Shown piece after piece: positions 15,001-30,000 of a DNA stretch of 64,000 nt. Positions within the stretch are counted from its first letter, which is position 1; every line of letters begins with the position of its first letter. The notes beneath the pieces were generated by a model. That model searched no databases. It saw nothing but the letters and a program-made list of their open reading frames with translations, and had not been told where the DNA came from. This stretch comes from Auanema rhodensis (taxonomy: Eukaryota > Animalia > Nematoda), in assembly GCA_964057225.1 (NCBI GenBank), contig OZ059900.1, positions 3,968,001-4,032,000 of the forward strand. The letters run 5' to 3'. The translations under genes were made by a program, and so were the position numbers.

Positions 15001-18000
15001 AATCAGTGATTTTTGTTGTCATAGAAAATAAAACTATGATTTTGATCATAGATATGAGCGATTTAGCCAAATTGGACTCAAAACTCGGAAAATTCAAAAA
15101 TTCTTTCTATTTTCGACCTTTTTTGATCAAAATGAATAAATATCAGTGCAAACTTGTAAAAATAGACTTATTTCGTGTATTATGTGTTTGATTCTCGAAT
15201 CTCAGCAAATATGATCAAAATTTACAAGTATTACAGATTTTGTACCAAAAATCGGTGAGTATATGGTGTTAGAGGCATAAAAACGACCATACTTAGTGTA
15301 GTAATGCTATTAGAGTGAAATTCAGTGATTTAAACATTATTAGTGTTCAATTAATGACTTTTGTTGTCATAGACAATAAAACTATGCTTTTGATCATATA
15401 TATGAGCGATTTAGCCAAATTGGACTCAAAACTCGAAAAATTCAAAAATTCTTTCTATTTTCGACCTTTTTTGATCAAAATGAATAAATATCAGTGCAAA
15501 CTCATAAAAAAAGACTGATTTTGTGTATTGTGTGTTTGATTCTCAAATCGTAACAAATTTGATCAAAATTTACGAGTATCACAGAATTTGTTCCAAAAAT
15601 CGGTGAGTATATGGTGTTAGAGGCATAAAAACGACCATACTTAGTGTAGTAATGCTATTAGAGTGAATTTCAGTGATTTAAACATTATTAGTGTATATTT
15701 GGAGACTTTCGTTATCACAGACAATAAAACTATGCTTTTGATCATAGATATGAGCGATTTAGCCAAATTGGACTCAAAACTCGGAAAATTCAAAAATTCT
15801 TTCTATTTTCGACCTTTTTTGATCAAAATGAATAAATATCAGTGCAAACTTGTAAAAATAGACTTATTTCGTGTATTATGTGTTTGATTCTCGAATCTTA
15901 GCAAATATGATCAAAATTTACAAGTATTACAGATTTTGTACCAAAAATCGGTGAGTATATGGTGTTAGAGGCATAAAAACGACCATACTTAGTATAGGAA
16001 TGCATTTTGAGCGAAATTCAGTGATTTAAACATCATTAGTGTTTAATTAATGACTTTTGTTGTCATAGACAATGAAACTATGCTTTTGATCATATATATG
16101 AGCGATTTAGCCAAATTGGACTCAAAACTCGGAAATTTAAAAAATTCTTTCTATTTTCGACCTTTTTTGATCAAAATGAATAAATATCAGTGCAAACTCA
16201 TAAAAATAGACTGATTTTGTGTATTGTGTGTTTGATTCTCAAATCTTAACAAATATGATCAAAATTTACGAGTATCACAGATTTTGTACCAAAAATCGGT
16301 GAGTATATGGTGTTAAAGGCAAAAAACGACCATACTTAGTGTAGTAATGCTATTTGAGCGAAATTCAGTTATTTAAACATCATTAGTGTTTAATTAATGA
16401 CTTTTGTTGTTATAGACAATAAAACTATGCTTTTGATCGTATATATGAGCGATTTATACAAATTGGACTCAAAACTCGGAAAATTCAAAAATTCTGTCTA
16501 TTTTCGACCTTTTTTGATCAAAATGAATAAATATTAGTGCAAACTCATAAAAATAGACTGATTTTGTGTATTGTGTGTTTGATTCTCAAATCGTAACAAA
16601 TATGATCAAAATTTACGAGTATCACAGAATTTGTACCAAAAATCGGTGAGTATATGGTGTTAAAGGCAAAAAACGACCATACTTAGTGTAGTAATGCTAT
16701 TTGAGCGAAATTCAGTGATTTAAACATCATTAGTGTTTAATCAGTGACTTTTGTTGTCATAGAAAATAAAACTATGCTTTTGATCATATATATGAGCGAT
16801 TTATACAAATTGGACTCAAAACTCGAAAAATTCAAAAATTCTTTCTATTTTCGACCTTTTTTGATCAAAATGAATAAATATCAGTGCAGACTCATGAAAA
16901 TAGACTGATTTTGTGTATTGTGTGTTTGATTCTCAAATCGTAACAAATATGATCAAAATTTACGAGTATCACAGAATTTGTACCAAAAATCGGTGAGTAT
17001 ATGGTGTTAAAGGCAAAAAACGACCATACTTAGTGTAGTAATGCTATTAGAGTGAAATTCAGTGATTTAAACATTATTAGTGTTTTCTTAATGACTTTTG
17101 TTGTCATAGACAATAAAACTATGCTTTTGATCATATATATGAGCGATTTAGCCAAATTGGACTCAAAACTCGGAAAATTCAAAAATTCTTTCTATTTTCG
17201 ACCTTTTTTGATCAAAATGAATAAATATCAGTGCAAACTCATAAAAATAGACTGATTTTGTGTATTGTGTGTTTGATTCTCAAATCGTAACAAATATGAT
17301 CAAAATTTACGAGTATTACAGATTTTGTACCAAAAATCGGTGAATCTATGGTGTTAAAGGTATAAAAACGACCATACTTAGTGTAGTAATGCTATTAGAG
17401 TGAAATTCAGTGATTTAAACATTATTAGTGTTTTCTTAATGACTTTTGTTGTCATAGACAATAAAACTATGCTTTTGATCATATATATGAGCGATTTAGC
17501 CAAATTGGACTCAAAACTCGAAAAATTCAAAAATTCTTTCTATTTTCGACCTTTTTTGATCAAAATGAATAAATATCAGTGCAAACTCATAAAAATAGAC
17601 TGATTTTGTGTATTGTATGTTTGATTCTCGAATCTTAACAAATATGATCAAAATTTACAAGTATCACAGATTTTGTACCAAAAATCGGTGAATCTATGAT
17701 GTTAAAGGTATAAAAACGACCATACTTAGTGTAGTAATGCTATTTAAGCGAAATTCAGTGATTTAAACATCATTAATGTTTAATTAATGACTTTTGTTGT
17801 CATAGACAATAAAACTATGCTTTTGATCATATATATGAGCGATTTAGCCAAATTGGACTCAAAACTCGGAAATTTCAAAAATTCTTTCTATTTTCGACCT
17901 TTTTTGATCAAAATGAATAAATATCAGTGCAGACTCATGAAAATAGACTGATTTTGTGTATTGTGTGTTTGATTCTCAAATCGTAACAAATATGATCAAA

Positions 18001-21000
18001 ATTTACGAGTATCACAGAATTTGTACCAAAAATCGGTGAGTATATGGTGTTAAAGGCAAAAAACGACCATACTTAGTAATGCTATTTGAGCGAAATTCAG
18101 TTATTTAAACATCATTAGTGTTTAATTAATGACTTTTGTTGTTATAGACAATAAAACTATGCTTTTGATCGTATATATGAGCGATTTATACAAATTGGAC
18201 TCAAAACTCGGAAAATTCAAAAATTCTGTCTATTTTCGACCTTTTTTGATCAAAATGAATAAATATTAGTGCAAACTCATAAAAATAGACTGATTTTGTG
18301 TATTGTGTGTTTGATTCTCAAATCGTAACAAATATGATCAAAATTTACGAGTATCACAGAATTTGTACCAAAAATCGGTGAGTATATGGTGTTAAAGGCA
18401 AAAAACGACCATACTTAGTGTAGTAATGCTATTTGAGCGAAATTCAGTGATTTAAACATCATTAGTGTTTAATCAGTGACTTTTGTTGTCATAGAAAATA
18501 AAACTATGCTTTTGATCATATATATGAGCGATTTAGCCAAATTGGACTCAAAACTCGGAAAATTCAAAAATTCTTTCTATTTTCGACCTTTTTTGATCAA
18601 AATGAATAAATATCAGTGCAAACTCGTAAAAATAGACTGATTTTGTGTATTGTGTGTTTGATTCTTGAACCTTAACAAATATGATCACATTTTACGAGTA
18701 TTACAGATTTTGTACCAAAAATCGGTGAGTATATGGTGTTAATGGCATAAAAACGACCATACTTAGTGTAGGAATGCATTTTGAGCGAAATTCAGTGATT
18801 TAAACATCATTTGTGTTTAATTAATGACTTTTGTTGTCATAGACAATGAAACTATGCTTTTGATCATATATATGAGCGATTTAGCCAAATTGGACTCAAA
18901 ACTCGGAAATTTAAAAAATTCTTTCTATTTTCGACCTTTTTTGATCAAAATGAACAAATATTAGTGCAAACTCATAAAAATAGACTGATTTTGTGTATTG
19001 TATGTTTGATTCTCGAATCTTAACAAATATGATCAAAATTTACGAGTATCACAGAATTTGTACCAAAAATCGGTGAGTATATGGTGTTAAAGGCATAAAA
19101 ATGACCATACTTAGTGTAGGAATGCATTTTGAGCGAAATTCAGTGATTTAAACATCATTTGTGTTTAATTAATGACTTTTGTTGTCATAGACAATGAAAC
19201 TATGCTTTTGATCATATATATGAGCGATTTAGCCAAATTGGACTCAAAACTCGGAAATTTCAAAAATTCTTTCTATTTTCGACCTTTTTTGATCAAAATG
19301 AATAAATATCAGTGCAGACTCATGAAAATAGACTGATTTTGTGTATTGTGTGTTTGATTCTCAAATCGTAACAAATATGATCAAAATTTACGAGTATCAC
19401 AGAATTTGTACCAAAAATCGGTGAGTATATGGTGTTAAAGGCAAAAAACGACCATACTTAGTGTAGTAATGCTATTTGAGCGAAATTCAGTTATTTAAAC
19501 ATCATTAGTGTTTAATTAATGACTTTTGTTGTTATAGACAATAAAACTATGCTTTTGATCGTATATATGAGCGATTTATACAAATTGGACTCAAAACTCG
19601 GAAAATTCAAAAATTCTGTCTATTTTCGACCTTTTTTGATCAAAATGAATAAATATTAGTGCAAACTCATAAAAATAGACTGATTTTGTGTATTGTGTGT
19701 TTGATTCTCAAATCGTAACAAATATGATCAAAATTTACGAGTATCACAGAATTTGTACCAAAAATCGGTGAGTATATGGTGTTAAAGGCAAAAAACGACC
19801 ATACTTAGTGTAGTAATGCTATTTGAGCGAAATTCAGTGATTTAAACATCATTAGTGTTTAATCAGTGACTTTTGTTGTCATAGAAAATAAAACTATGCT
19901 TTTGATCATATATATGAGCGATTTAGCCAAATTGGACTCAAAACTCGGAAAATTCAAAAATTCTTTCTATTTTCGACCTTTTTTGATCAAAATGAATAAA
20001 TATCAGTGCAAACTCGTAAAAATAGACTGATTTTGTGTATTGTATGTTTGATTCTCGAATCTTAACAAATATGATCACATTTTACGAGTATTACAGATTT
20101 TGTACCAAAAATCGGTGAGTATATGGTGTTAATGGCATAAAAACGACCATACTTAGTGTAGGAATGCATTTTGAGCGAAATTCAGTGATTTAAACATCAT
20201 TTGTGTTTAATTAATGACTTTTGTTGTCATAGACAATGAAACTATGCTTTTGATCATATATATGAGCGATTTAGCCAAATTGGACTCAAAACTCGGAAAT
20301 TTAAAAAATTCTTTCTATTTTCGACCTTTTTTGATCAAAATGAATAAATATTAGTGCAAACTCATAAAAATAGACTGATTTTGTGTATTGTATGTTTGAT
20401 TCTCGAATCTTAACAAATATGATCAAAATTTACGAGTATCACAGAATTTGTACCAAAAATCGGTGAGTATATGGTGTTAAAGGCATAAAAATGACCATAC
20501 TTAGTGTAGGAATGCAATTTGAGCGAAATTCAGTGATTTAAACATCATTAGTGTTTAAGTAATGACTTTTGTTGTTATAGACGATGAAACTATGATTTTG
20601 ATCATATATATGAGCGATTTAGCCAAATTGGACTCAAAACTCGGAAAATTCAAAAATTCTGTCTATTTTCGACCTTTTTTGATCAAAATGAATAAATATT
20701 AGTGCAAACTCATAAAAATAGACTGATTTTGTGTATTTTGTGTTTGATTCTCGAATCGTAACAAATATGATCAAAATTTACGAGTATCACAGAATTTGTA
20801 CCAAAAATCGGTGAGTATATGGTGTTAAAGGTAAAAAACGACCATACTTAGTGTAGTAATGCTATTTGAGCGAAATTCAGTGATTTAAACATCATTAGTG
20901 TTTAATCAGTGACTTTTGTTGTCATAGAAAATAAAACTATGATTTTGATCATAGATATGAGCGATTTAGCCAAATTGGACTCAAAACTCGGAAAATTCAA

Positions 21001-24000
21001 AAATTCTTTCTATTTTCGACCTTTTTTGATCAAAATGAATAAATATCAGTGCAAACTTGTAAAAATAGACTTATTTCGTGTATTATGTGTTTGATTCTCG
21101 AATCTTAGCAAATATGATCAAAATTTACAAGTATTACAGATTTTGTACCAAAAATCGGTGAGTATATGGTGTTAGAGGCATAAAAACGACCATACTTAGT
21201 GTAGTAATGCTATTAGAGTGAAATTCAGTGATTTAAACATTATTAGTGTTCAATTAATGACTTTTGTTGTCATAGACAATAAAACTATGCTTTTGATCAT
21301 ATATATGAGCGATTTAGCCAAATTGGACTCAAAACTCGAAAAATTCAAAAATTCTTTCTATTTTCGACCTTTTTTGATCAAAATGAATAAATATCAGTGC
21401 AAACTCATAAAAAAAGACTGATTTTGTGTATTGTGTGTTTGATTCTCAAATCGTAACAAATTTGATCAAAATTTACGAGTATCACAGAATTTGTTCCAAA
21501 AATCGGTGAGTATATGGTGTTAAAGGTAAAAAACGACCATACTTAGTGTAGTAATGCTATTTGAGCGAAATTCAGTGATTTAAACATCATTAGTGTTTAA
21601 TCAGTGACTTTTGTTGTCATAGAAAATAAAACTATGATTTTGATCATAGATATGAGCGATTTAGCCAAATTGGACTCAAAACCCGGAAAATTCAAAAATT
21701 CTTTCTATTTTCGACCTTTTTTGATCAAAATGAATAAATATCAGTGCAAACTCATAAAAAAAGACTGATTTTGTGTATTGTGTGTTTGATTCTCAAATCG
21801 TAACAAATTTGATCAAAATTTACGAGTATCACAGAATTTGTTCCAAAAATCGGTGAGTATATGGTGTTAGAGGCATAAAAACGACCATACTTAGTGTAGT
21901 AATGCTATTAGAGTGAAATTCAGTGATTTAAACATTATTAGTGTATATTTGGAGACTTTCGTTATCACAGACAATAAAACTATGCTTTTGATCATAGATA
22001 TGAGCGATTTAGCCAAATTGGACTCAAAACTCGGAAAATTCAAAAATTCTTTCTATTTTCGACCTTTTTTGATCAAAATGAATAAATATCAGTGCAAACT
22101 TGTAAAAATAGACTTATTTCGTGTATTATGTGTTTGATTCTCGAATCTTAGCAAATATGATCAAAATTTACAAGTATTACAGATTTTGTACCAAAAATCG
22201 GTGAGTATATGGTGTTAGAGGCATAAAAACGACCATACTTAGTATAGGAATGCATTTTGAGCGAAATTCAGTGATTTAAACATCATTAGTGTTTAATTAA
22301 TGACTTTTGTTGTCATAGACAATGAAACTATGCTTTTGATCATATATATGAGCGATTTAGCCAAATTGGACTCAAAACTCGGAAATTTAAAAAATTCTTT
22401 CTATTTTCGACCTTTTTTGATCAAAATGAATAAATATCAGTGCAAACTCATAAAAATAGACTGATTTTGTGTATTGTGTGTTTGATTCTCAAATCTTAAC
22501 AAATATGATCAAAATTTACGAGTATCACAGATTTTGTACCAAAAATCGGTGAGTATATGGTGTTAAAGGCAAAAAACGACCATACTTAGTGTAGTAATGC
22601 TATTTGAGCGAAATTCAGTTATTTAAACATCATTAGTGTTTAATTAATGACTTTTGTTGCTATAGACAATAAAACTATGCTTTTGATCGTATATATGAGC
22701 GATTTATACAAATTGGACTCAAAACTCGGAAAATTCAAAAATTCTGTCTATTTTCGACCTTTTTTGATCAAAATGAATAAATATTAGTGCAAACTCATAA
22801 AAATAGACTGATTTTGTGTATTGTGTGTTTGATTCTCAAATCGTAACAAATATGATCAAAATTTACGAGTATCACAGAATTTGTACCAAAAATCGGTGAG
22901 TATATGGTGTTAAAGGCAAAAAACGACCATACTTAGTGTAGTAATGCTATTTGAGCGAAATTCAGTGATTTAAACATCATTAGTGTTTAATCAGTGACTT
23001 TTGTTGTCATAGAAAATAAAACTATGCTTTTGATCATATATATGAGCGATTTATACAAATTGGACTCAAAACTCGAAAAATTCAAAAATTCTTTCTATTT
23101 TCGACCTTTTTTGATCAAAATGAATAAATATCAGTGCAGACTCATGAAAATAGACTGATTTTGTGTATTGTGTGTTTGATTCTCAAATCGTAACAAATAT
23201 GATCAAAATTTACGAGTATCACAGAATTTGTACCAAAAATCGGTGAGTATATGGTGTTAAAGGCAAAAAACGACCATACTTAGTGTAGTAATGCTATTAG
23301 AGTGAAATTCAGTGATTTAAACATTATTAGTGTTTTCTTAATGACTTTTGTTGTCATAGACAATAAAACTATGCTTTTGATCATATATATGAGCGATTTA
23401 GCCAAATTGGACTCAAAACTCGGAAAATTCAAAAATTCTTTCTATTTTCGACCTTTTTTGATCAAAATGAATAAATATCAGTGCAAACTCATAAAAATAG
23501 ACTGATTTTGTGTATTGTGTGTTTGATTCTCAAATCGTAACAAATATGATCAAAATTTACGAGTATTACAGATTTTGTACCAAAAATCGGTGAATCTATG
23601 GTGTTAAAGGTATAAAAACGACCATACTTAGTGTAGTAATGCTATTAGAGTGAAATTCAGTGATTTAAACATTATTAGTGTTTTCTTAATGACTTTTGTT
23701 GTCATAGACAATAAAACTATGCTTTTGATCATATATATGAGCGATTTAGCCAAATTGGACTCAAAACTCGAAAAATTCAAAAATTCTTTCTATTTTCGAC
23801 CTTTTTTGATCAAAATGAATAAATATCAGTGCAAACTCATAAAAATAGACTGATTTTGTGTATTGTATGTTTGATTCTCGAATCTTAACAAATATGATCA
23901 AAATTTACGAGTATCACAGATTTTGTACCAAAAATCGGTGAATCTATGATGTTAAAGGTATAAAAACGACCATACTTAGTGTAGTAATGCTATTTAAGCG

Positions 24001-27000
24001 AAATTCAGTGATTTAAACATCATTAATGTTTAATTAATGACTTTTGTTGTCATAGACAATAAAACTATGCTTTTGATCATATATATGAGCGATTTAGCCA
24101 AATTGGACTCAAAACTCGGAAATTTCAAAAATTCTTTCTATTTTCGACCTTTTTTGATCAAAATGAATAAATATCAGTGCAGACTCATGAAAATAGACTG
24201 ATTTTGTGTATTGTGTGTTTGATTCTCAAATCGTAACAAATATGATCAAAATTTACGAGTATCACAGAATTTGTACCAAAAATCGGTGAGTATATGGTGT
24301 TAAAGGCGAAAAACGACCATACTTAGTGTAGTAATGCTATTTGAGCGAAATTCAGTGATTTAAACATTATTAGTGTTTAATTAATGACTTTTGTTGTTAT
24401 AGACAATAAAACTATGCTTTTGATCATATATATGAGCGATTTATACAAATTGGACTCAAAACTCGGAAAATTCAAAAATTCTGTCTATTATCGACCTTTT
24501 TTGATCAAAATGAATAAATATTAGTGCAAACTCATAAAAATAGACTGATTTTGTGTATTGTATGTTTGATTCTCGAATCTTAACAAATATGATCAAAATT
24601 TACGAGTATCACAGAATTTGTACCAAAAATCGGTGAGTATATGGTGTTAAAGGCATAAAAATGACCATACTTAGTGTAGGAATGCATTTTGAGCGAAATT
24701 CAGTGATTTAAACATCATTAGTGTTTAATTAATGACTTTTGTTGTTATAGACAATAAAACTATGCTTTTGATCATATATATGAGCGATTTAGCCAAATTG
24801 GACTCAAAACTCGGAAATTTCAAAAATTCTTTCTATTTTCGACCTTTTTTGATCAAAATGAATAAATATCAGTGCAGACTCATGAAAATAGACTGATTTT
24901 GTGTATTGTGTGTTTGATTCTCAAATCGTAACAAATATGATCAAAATTTACGAGTATCACAGAATTTGTACCAAAAATCGGTGAGTATATGGTGTTAAAG
25001 GCAAAAAACGACCATACTTAGTGTAGTAATGCTATTTGAGCGAAATTCAGTGATTTAAACATCATTAGTGTTTGAGTAATGACTTTTGTTGTTATAGACG
25101 ATGAAACTATGATTTTGATCATATATATGAGCGATTTAGCCAAATTGGACTCAAAACTCGGAAAATTCAAAAATTCTGTCTATTTTCGACCTTTTTTGAT
25201 CAAAATGAATAAATATTAGTGCAAACTCATAAAAATAGACTGATTTTGTGTATTGTGTGTTTGATTCTCAAATCGTAACGAATATGATCAAAATTTACGA
25301 GTATCACAGAATTTGTACCAAAAATCGGTGAGTATATGGTGTTAAAGGTAAAAAACGACCATACTTAGTGTAGTAATGCTATTTGAGCGAAATTCAGGGA
25401 TTTAAACATCATTAGTGTTTAATCAGTGACTTTTGTTGTCATAGAAAATAAAACTATGATTTTGATCATAGATATGAGCGATTTAGCCAAATTGGACTCA
25501 AAACTCGGAAAATTCAAAAATTCTTTCTATTTTCGACCTTTTTTGATCAAAATGAATAAATATCAGTGCAAACTTGTAAAAATAGACTTATTTCGTGTAT
25601 TATGTGTTTGATTCTCGAATCTTAGCAAATATGATCAAAATTTACAAGTATTACAGATTTTGTACCAAAAATCGGTGAGTATATGGTGTTAGAGGCATAA
25701 AAACGACCATACTTAGTGTAGTAATGCTATTAGAGTGAAATTCAGTGATTTAAACATTATTAGTGTTCAATTAATGACTTTTGTTGTCATAGACAATAAA
25801 ACTATGCTTTTGATCATATATATGAGCGATTTAGCCAAATTGGACTCAAAACTCGAAAAATTCAAAAATTCTTTCTATTTTCGACCTTTTTTGATCAAAA
25901 TGAATAAATATCAGTGCAAACTCATAAAAAAAGACTGATTTTGTGTATTGTGTGTTTGATTCTCAAATCGTAACAAATTTGATCAAAATTTACGAGTATC
26001 ACAGAATTTGTTCCAAAAATCGGTGAGTATATGGTGTTAGAGGCATAAAAACGACCATACTTAGTGTAGTAATGCTATTAGAGTGAAATTCAGTGATTTA
26101 AACATTATTAGTGTATATTTGGAGACTTTCGTTATCACAGACAATAAAACTATGCTTTTGATCATAGAAATGAGCGATTTAGCCAAATTGGACTCAAAAC
26201 CCGGAAAATTCAAAAATTCTTTCTATTTTCGACCTTTTTTGATCAAAATGAATAAATATCAGTGCAAACTTGTAAAAATAGACTTATTTCGTGTATTATG
26301 TGTTTGATTCTCGAATCTTAGCAAATATGATCAAAATTTACAAGTATTACAGATTTTGTACCAAAAATCGGTGAGTATATGGTGTTAAAGGCAAAAAACG
26401 ACCATACTTAGTGTAGTAATGCTATTAGAGTGAAATTCAGTGATTTAAACATTATTAGTGTTTTCTTAATGACTTTTGTTGTCATAGACAATAAAACTAT
26501 GCTTTTGATCATATATATGAGCGATTTAGCCAAATTGGACTCAAAACTCGGAAAATTCAAAAATTCTTTCTATTTTCGACCTTTTTTGATCAAAATGAAT
26601 AAATATCAGTGCAAACTCATAAAAATAGACTGATTTTGTGTATTGTGTGTTTGATTCTCAAATCGTAACAAATATGATCAAAATTTACGAGTATTACAGA
26701 TTTTGTACCAAAAATCGGTGAGTATATGGTGTTAGAGGCATAAAAACGACCATACTTAGTGTAGTAATGCTATTTGAGCGAAATTCAGTATTTAAACATC
26801 ACTAGCGTTTAATTGATGACTTTTGTTGTCAGAGACATTAAAACTATGCTTTTGATCATATAAATGAGCGATTTAGCCAAATTAGACTCAAAACTCGGAA
26901 ATTTCAAAAATTCTTTCTATTTTCGACCTTTTTTGATCAAAATGAATAAATATTAGTGCAAACTCATAAAAATAGACTGATTTTGTGTATTGTATGTTTG

Positions 27001-30000
27001 ATTCTCGAATCTTAACAAATATGATCAAAATTTACGAGTATCACAGAATTTGTACCAAAAATCGGTGAGTATATGGTGTTAAAGGCATAAAAATGACCAT
27101 ACTTAGTGTAGGAATGCAATTTGAGCGAAATTCAGTGATTTAAACATCATTAGTGTTTAAGTAATGACTTTTGTTGTTATAGACGATGAAACTATGATTT
27201 TGATCATATATATGAGCGATTTAGCCAAATTGGACTCAAAACTCGGAAAATTCAAAAATTCTGTCTATTTTCGACCTTTTTTGATCAAAATGAATAAATA
27301 TTAGTGCAAACTCATAAAAATAGACTGATTTTGTGTATTGTGTGTTTGATTCTCAAATCGTAACGAATATGATCAAAATTTACGAGTATCACAGAATTTG
27401 TACCAAAAATCGGTGAGTATATGGTGTTAAAGGTAAAAAACGACCATACTTAGTGTAGTAATGCTATTTGAGCGAAATTCAGGGATTTAAACATCATTAG
27501 TGTTTAATCAGTGACTTTTGTTGTCATAGAAAATAAAACTATGATTTTGATCATAGATATGAGCGATTTAGCCAAATTGGACTCAAAACTCGGAAAATTC
27601 AAAAATTCTTTCTATTTTCGACCTTTTTTGATCAAAATGAATAAATATCAGTGCAAACTTGTAAAAATAGACTTATTTCGTGTATTATGTGTTTGATTCT
27701 CGAATCTTAGCAAATATGATCAAAATTTACAAGTATTACAGATTTTGTACCAAAAATCGGTGAGTATATGGTGTTAGAGGCATAAAAACGACCATACTTA
27801 GTGTAGTAATGCTATTAGAGTGAAATTCAGTGATTTAAACATTATTAGTGTTCAATTAATGACTTTTGTTGTCATAGACAATAAAACTATGCTTTTGATC
27901 ATATATATGAGCGATTTAGCCAAATTGGACTCAAAACTCGAAAAATTCAAAAATTCTTTCTATTTTCGACCTTTTTTGATCAAAATGAATAAATATCAGT
28001 GCAAACTCATAAAAAAAGACTGATTTTGTGTATTGTGTGTTTGATTCTCAAATCGTAACAAATTTGATCAAAATTTACGAGTATCACAGAATTTGTTCCA
28101 AAAATCGGTGAGTATATGGTGTTAGAGGCATAAAAACGACCATACTTAGTGCAGTAATGCTATTAGAGTGAAATTCAGTGATTTAAACATTATTAGTGTA
28201 TATTTGGAGACTTTCGTTATCACAGACAATAAAACTATGCTTTTGATCATAGATATGAGCGATTTAGCCAAATTGGACTCAAAACCCGGAAAATTCAAAA
28301 ATTCTTTCTATTTTCGACCTTTTTTGATCAAAATGAATAAATATCAGTGCAAACTTGTAAAAATAGACTTATTTCGTGTATTATGTGTTTGATTCTCGAA
28401 TCTTAGCAAATATGATCAAAATTTACAAGTATTACAGATTTTGTACCAAAAATCGGTGAGTATATGGTGTTAAAGGCAAAAAACGACCATACTTAGTGTA
28501 GTAATGCTATTAGAGTGAAATTCAGTGATTTAAACATTATTAGTGTTTTCTTAATGACTTTTGTTGTCATAGACAATAAAACTATGCTTTTGATCATATA
28601 TATGAGCGATTTAGCCAAATTGGACTCAAAACTCGGAAAATTCAAAAATTCTTTCTATTTTCGACCTTTTTTGATCAAAATGAATAAATATCAGTGCAAA
28701 CTCATAAAAATAGACTGATTTTGTGTATTGTGTGTTTGATTCTCAAATCGTAACAAATATGATCAAAATTTACGAGTATTACAGATTTTGTACCAAAAAT
28801 CGGTGAGTATATGGTGTTAGAGGCATAAAAACGACCATACTTAGTGTAGTAATGCTATTTGAGCGAAATTCAGTGATTTAAACATCATTAGTGTTCAATT
28901 AATGACTTTTGTTGTCATAGACAATAAAACTATGCTTCTGATCATATATATGAGCGATTTATCCAAATTAGACTCAAAACTCGGAAATTTCAAAAATTCT
29001 TTCTATTTTCGACCTTTTTTGATCAAAATGAATAAATATCAGTGCAAACTCATAAAAATAGACTGATTTTGTGTATTGTATGTTTGATTCTCGAATCTTA
29101 ACAAATATGATCAAAATTTACGAGTATCACAGATTTTGTACCAAAAATCGGTGAATCTATGGTGTTAAAGGTATAAAAACGACCATACTTAGTGTAGTAA
29201 TGCTATTTAAGCGAAATTCAGTGATTTAAACATCATTAATGTTTAATTAATGACTTTTGTTGTCATAGACAATAAAACTATGCTTTTGATCATATATATG
29301 AGCGATTTAGCCAAATTGGACTCAAAACTCGGAAATTTCAAAAATTCTTTCTATTTTCGACCTTTTTTGATCAAAATGAATAAATATCAGTGCAGACTCA
29401 TGAAAATAGACTGATTTTGTGTATTGTGTGTTTGATTCTCAAATCGTAACAAATATGATCAAAATTTACGAGTATCACAGAATTTGTACCAAAAATCGGT
29501 GAGTATATGGTGTTAAAGGCGAAAAACGACCATACTTAGTGTAGTAATGCTATTTGAGCGAAATTCAGTGATTTAAACATTATTAGTGTTTAATTAATGA
29601 CTTTTGTTGTTATAGACAATAAAACTATGCTTTTGATCATATATATGAGCGATTTATACAAATTGGACTCAAAACTCGGAAAATTCAAAAATTCTGTCTA
29701 TTATCGACCTTTTTTGATCAAAATGAATAAATATTAGTGCAAACTCATAAAAATAGACTGATTTTGTGTATTGTATGTTTGATTCTCGAATCTTAACAAA
29801 TATGATCAAAATTTACGAGTATCACAGAATTTGTACCAAAAATCGGTGAGTATATGGTGTTAAAGGCATAAAAATGACCATACTTAGTGTAGGAATGCAT
29901 TTTGAGCGAAATTCAGTGATTTAAACATCATTAGTGTTTAATTAATGACTTTTGTTGTTATAGACAATAAAACTATGCTTTTGATCATATATATGAGCGA

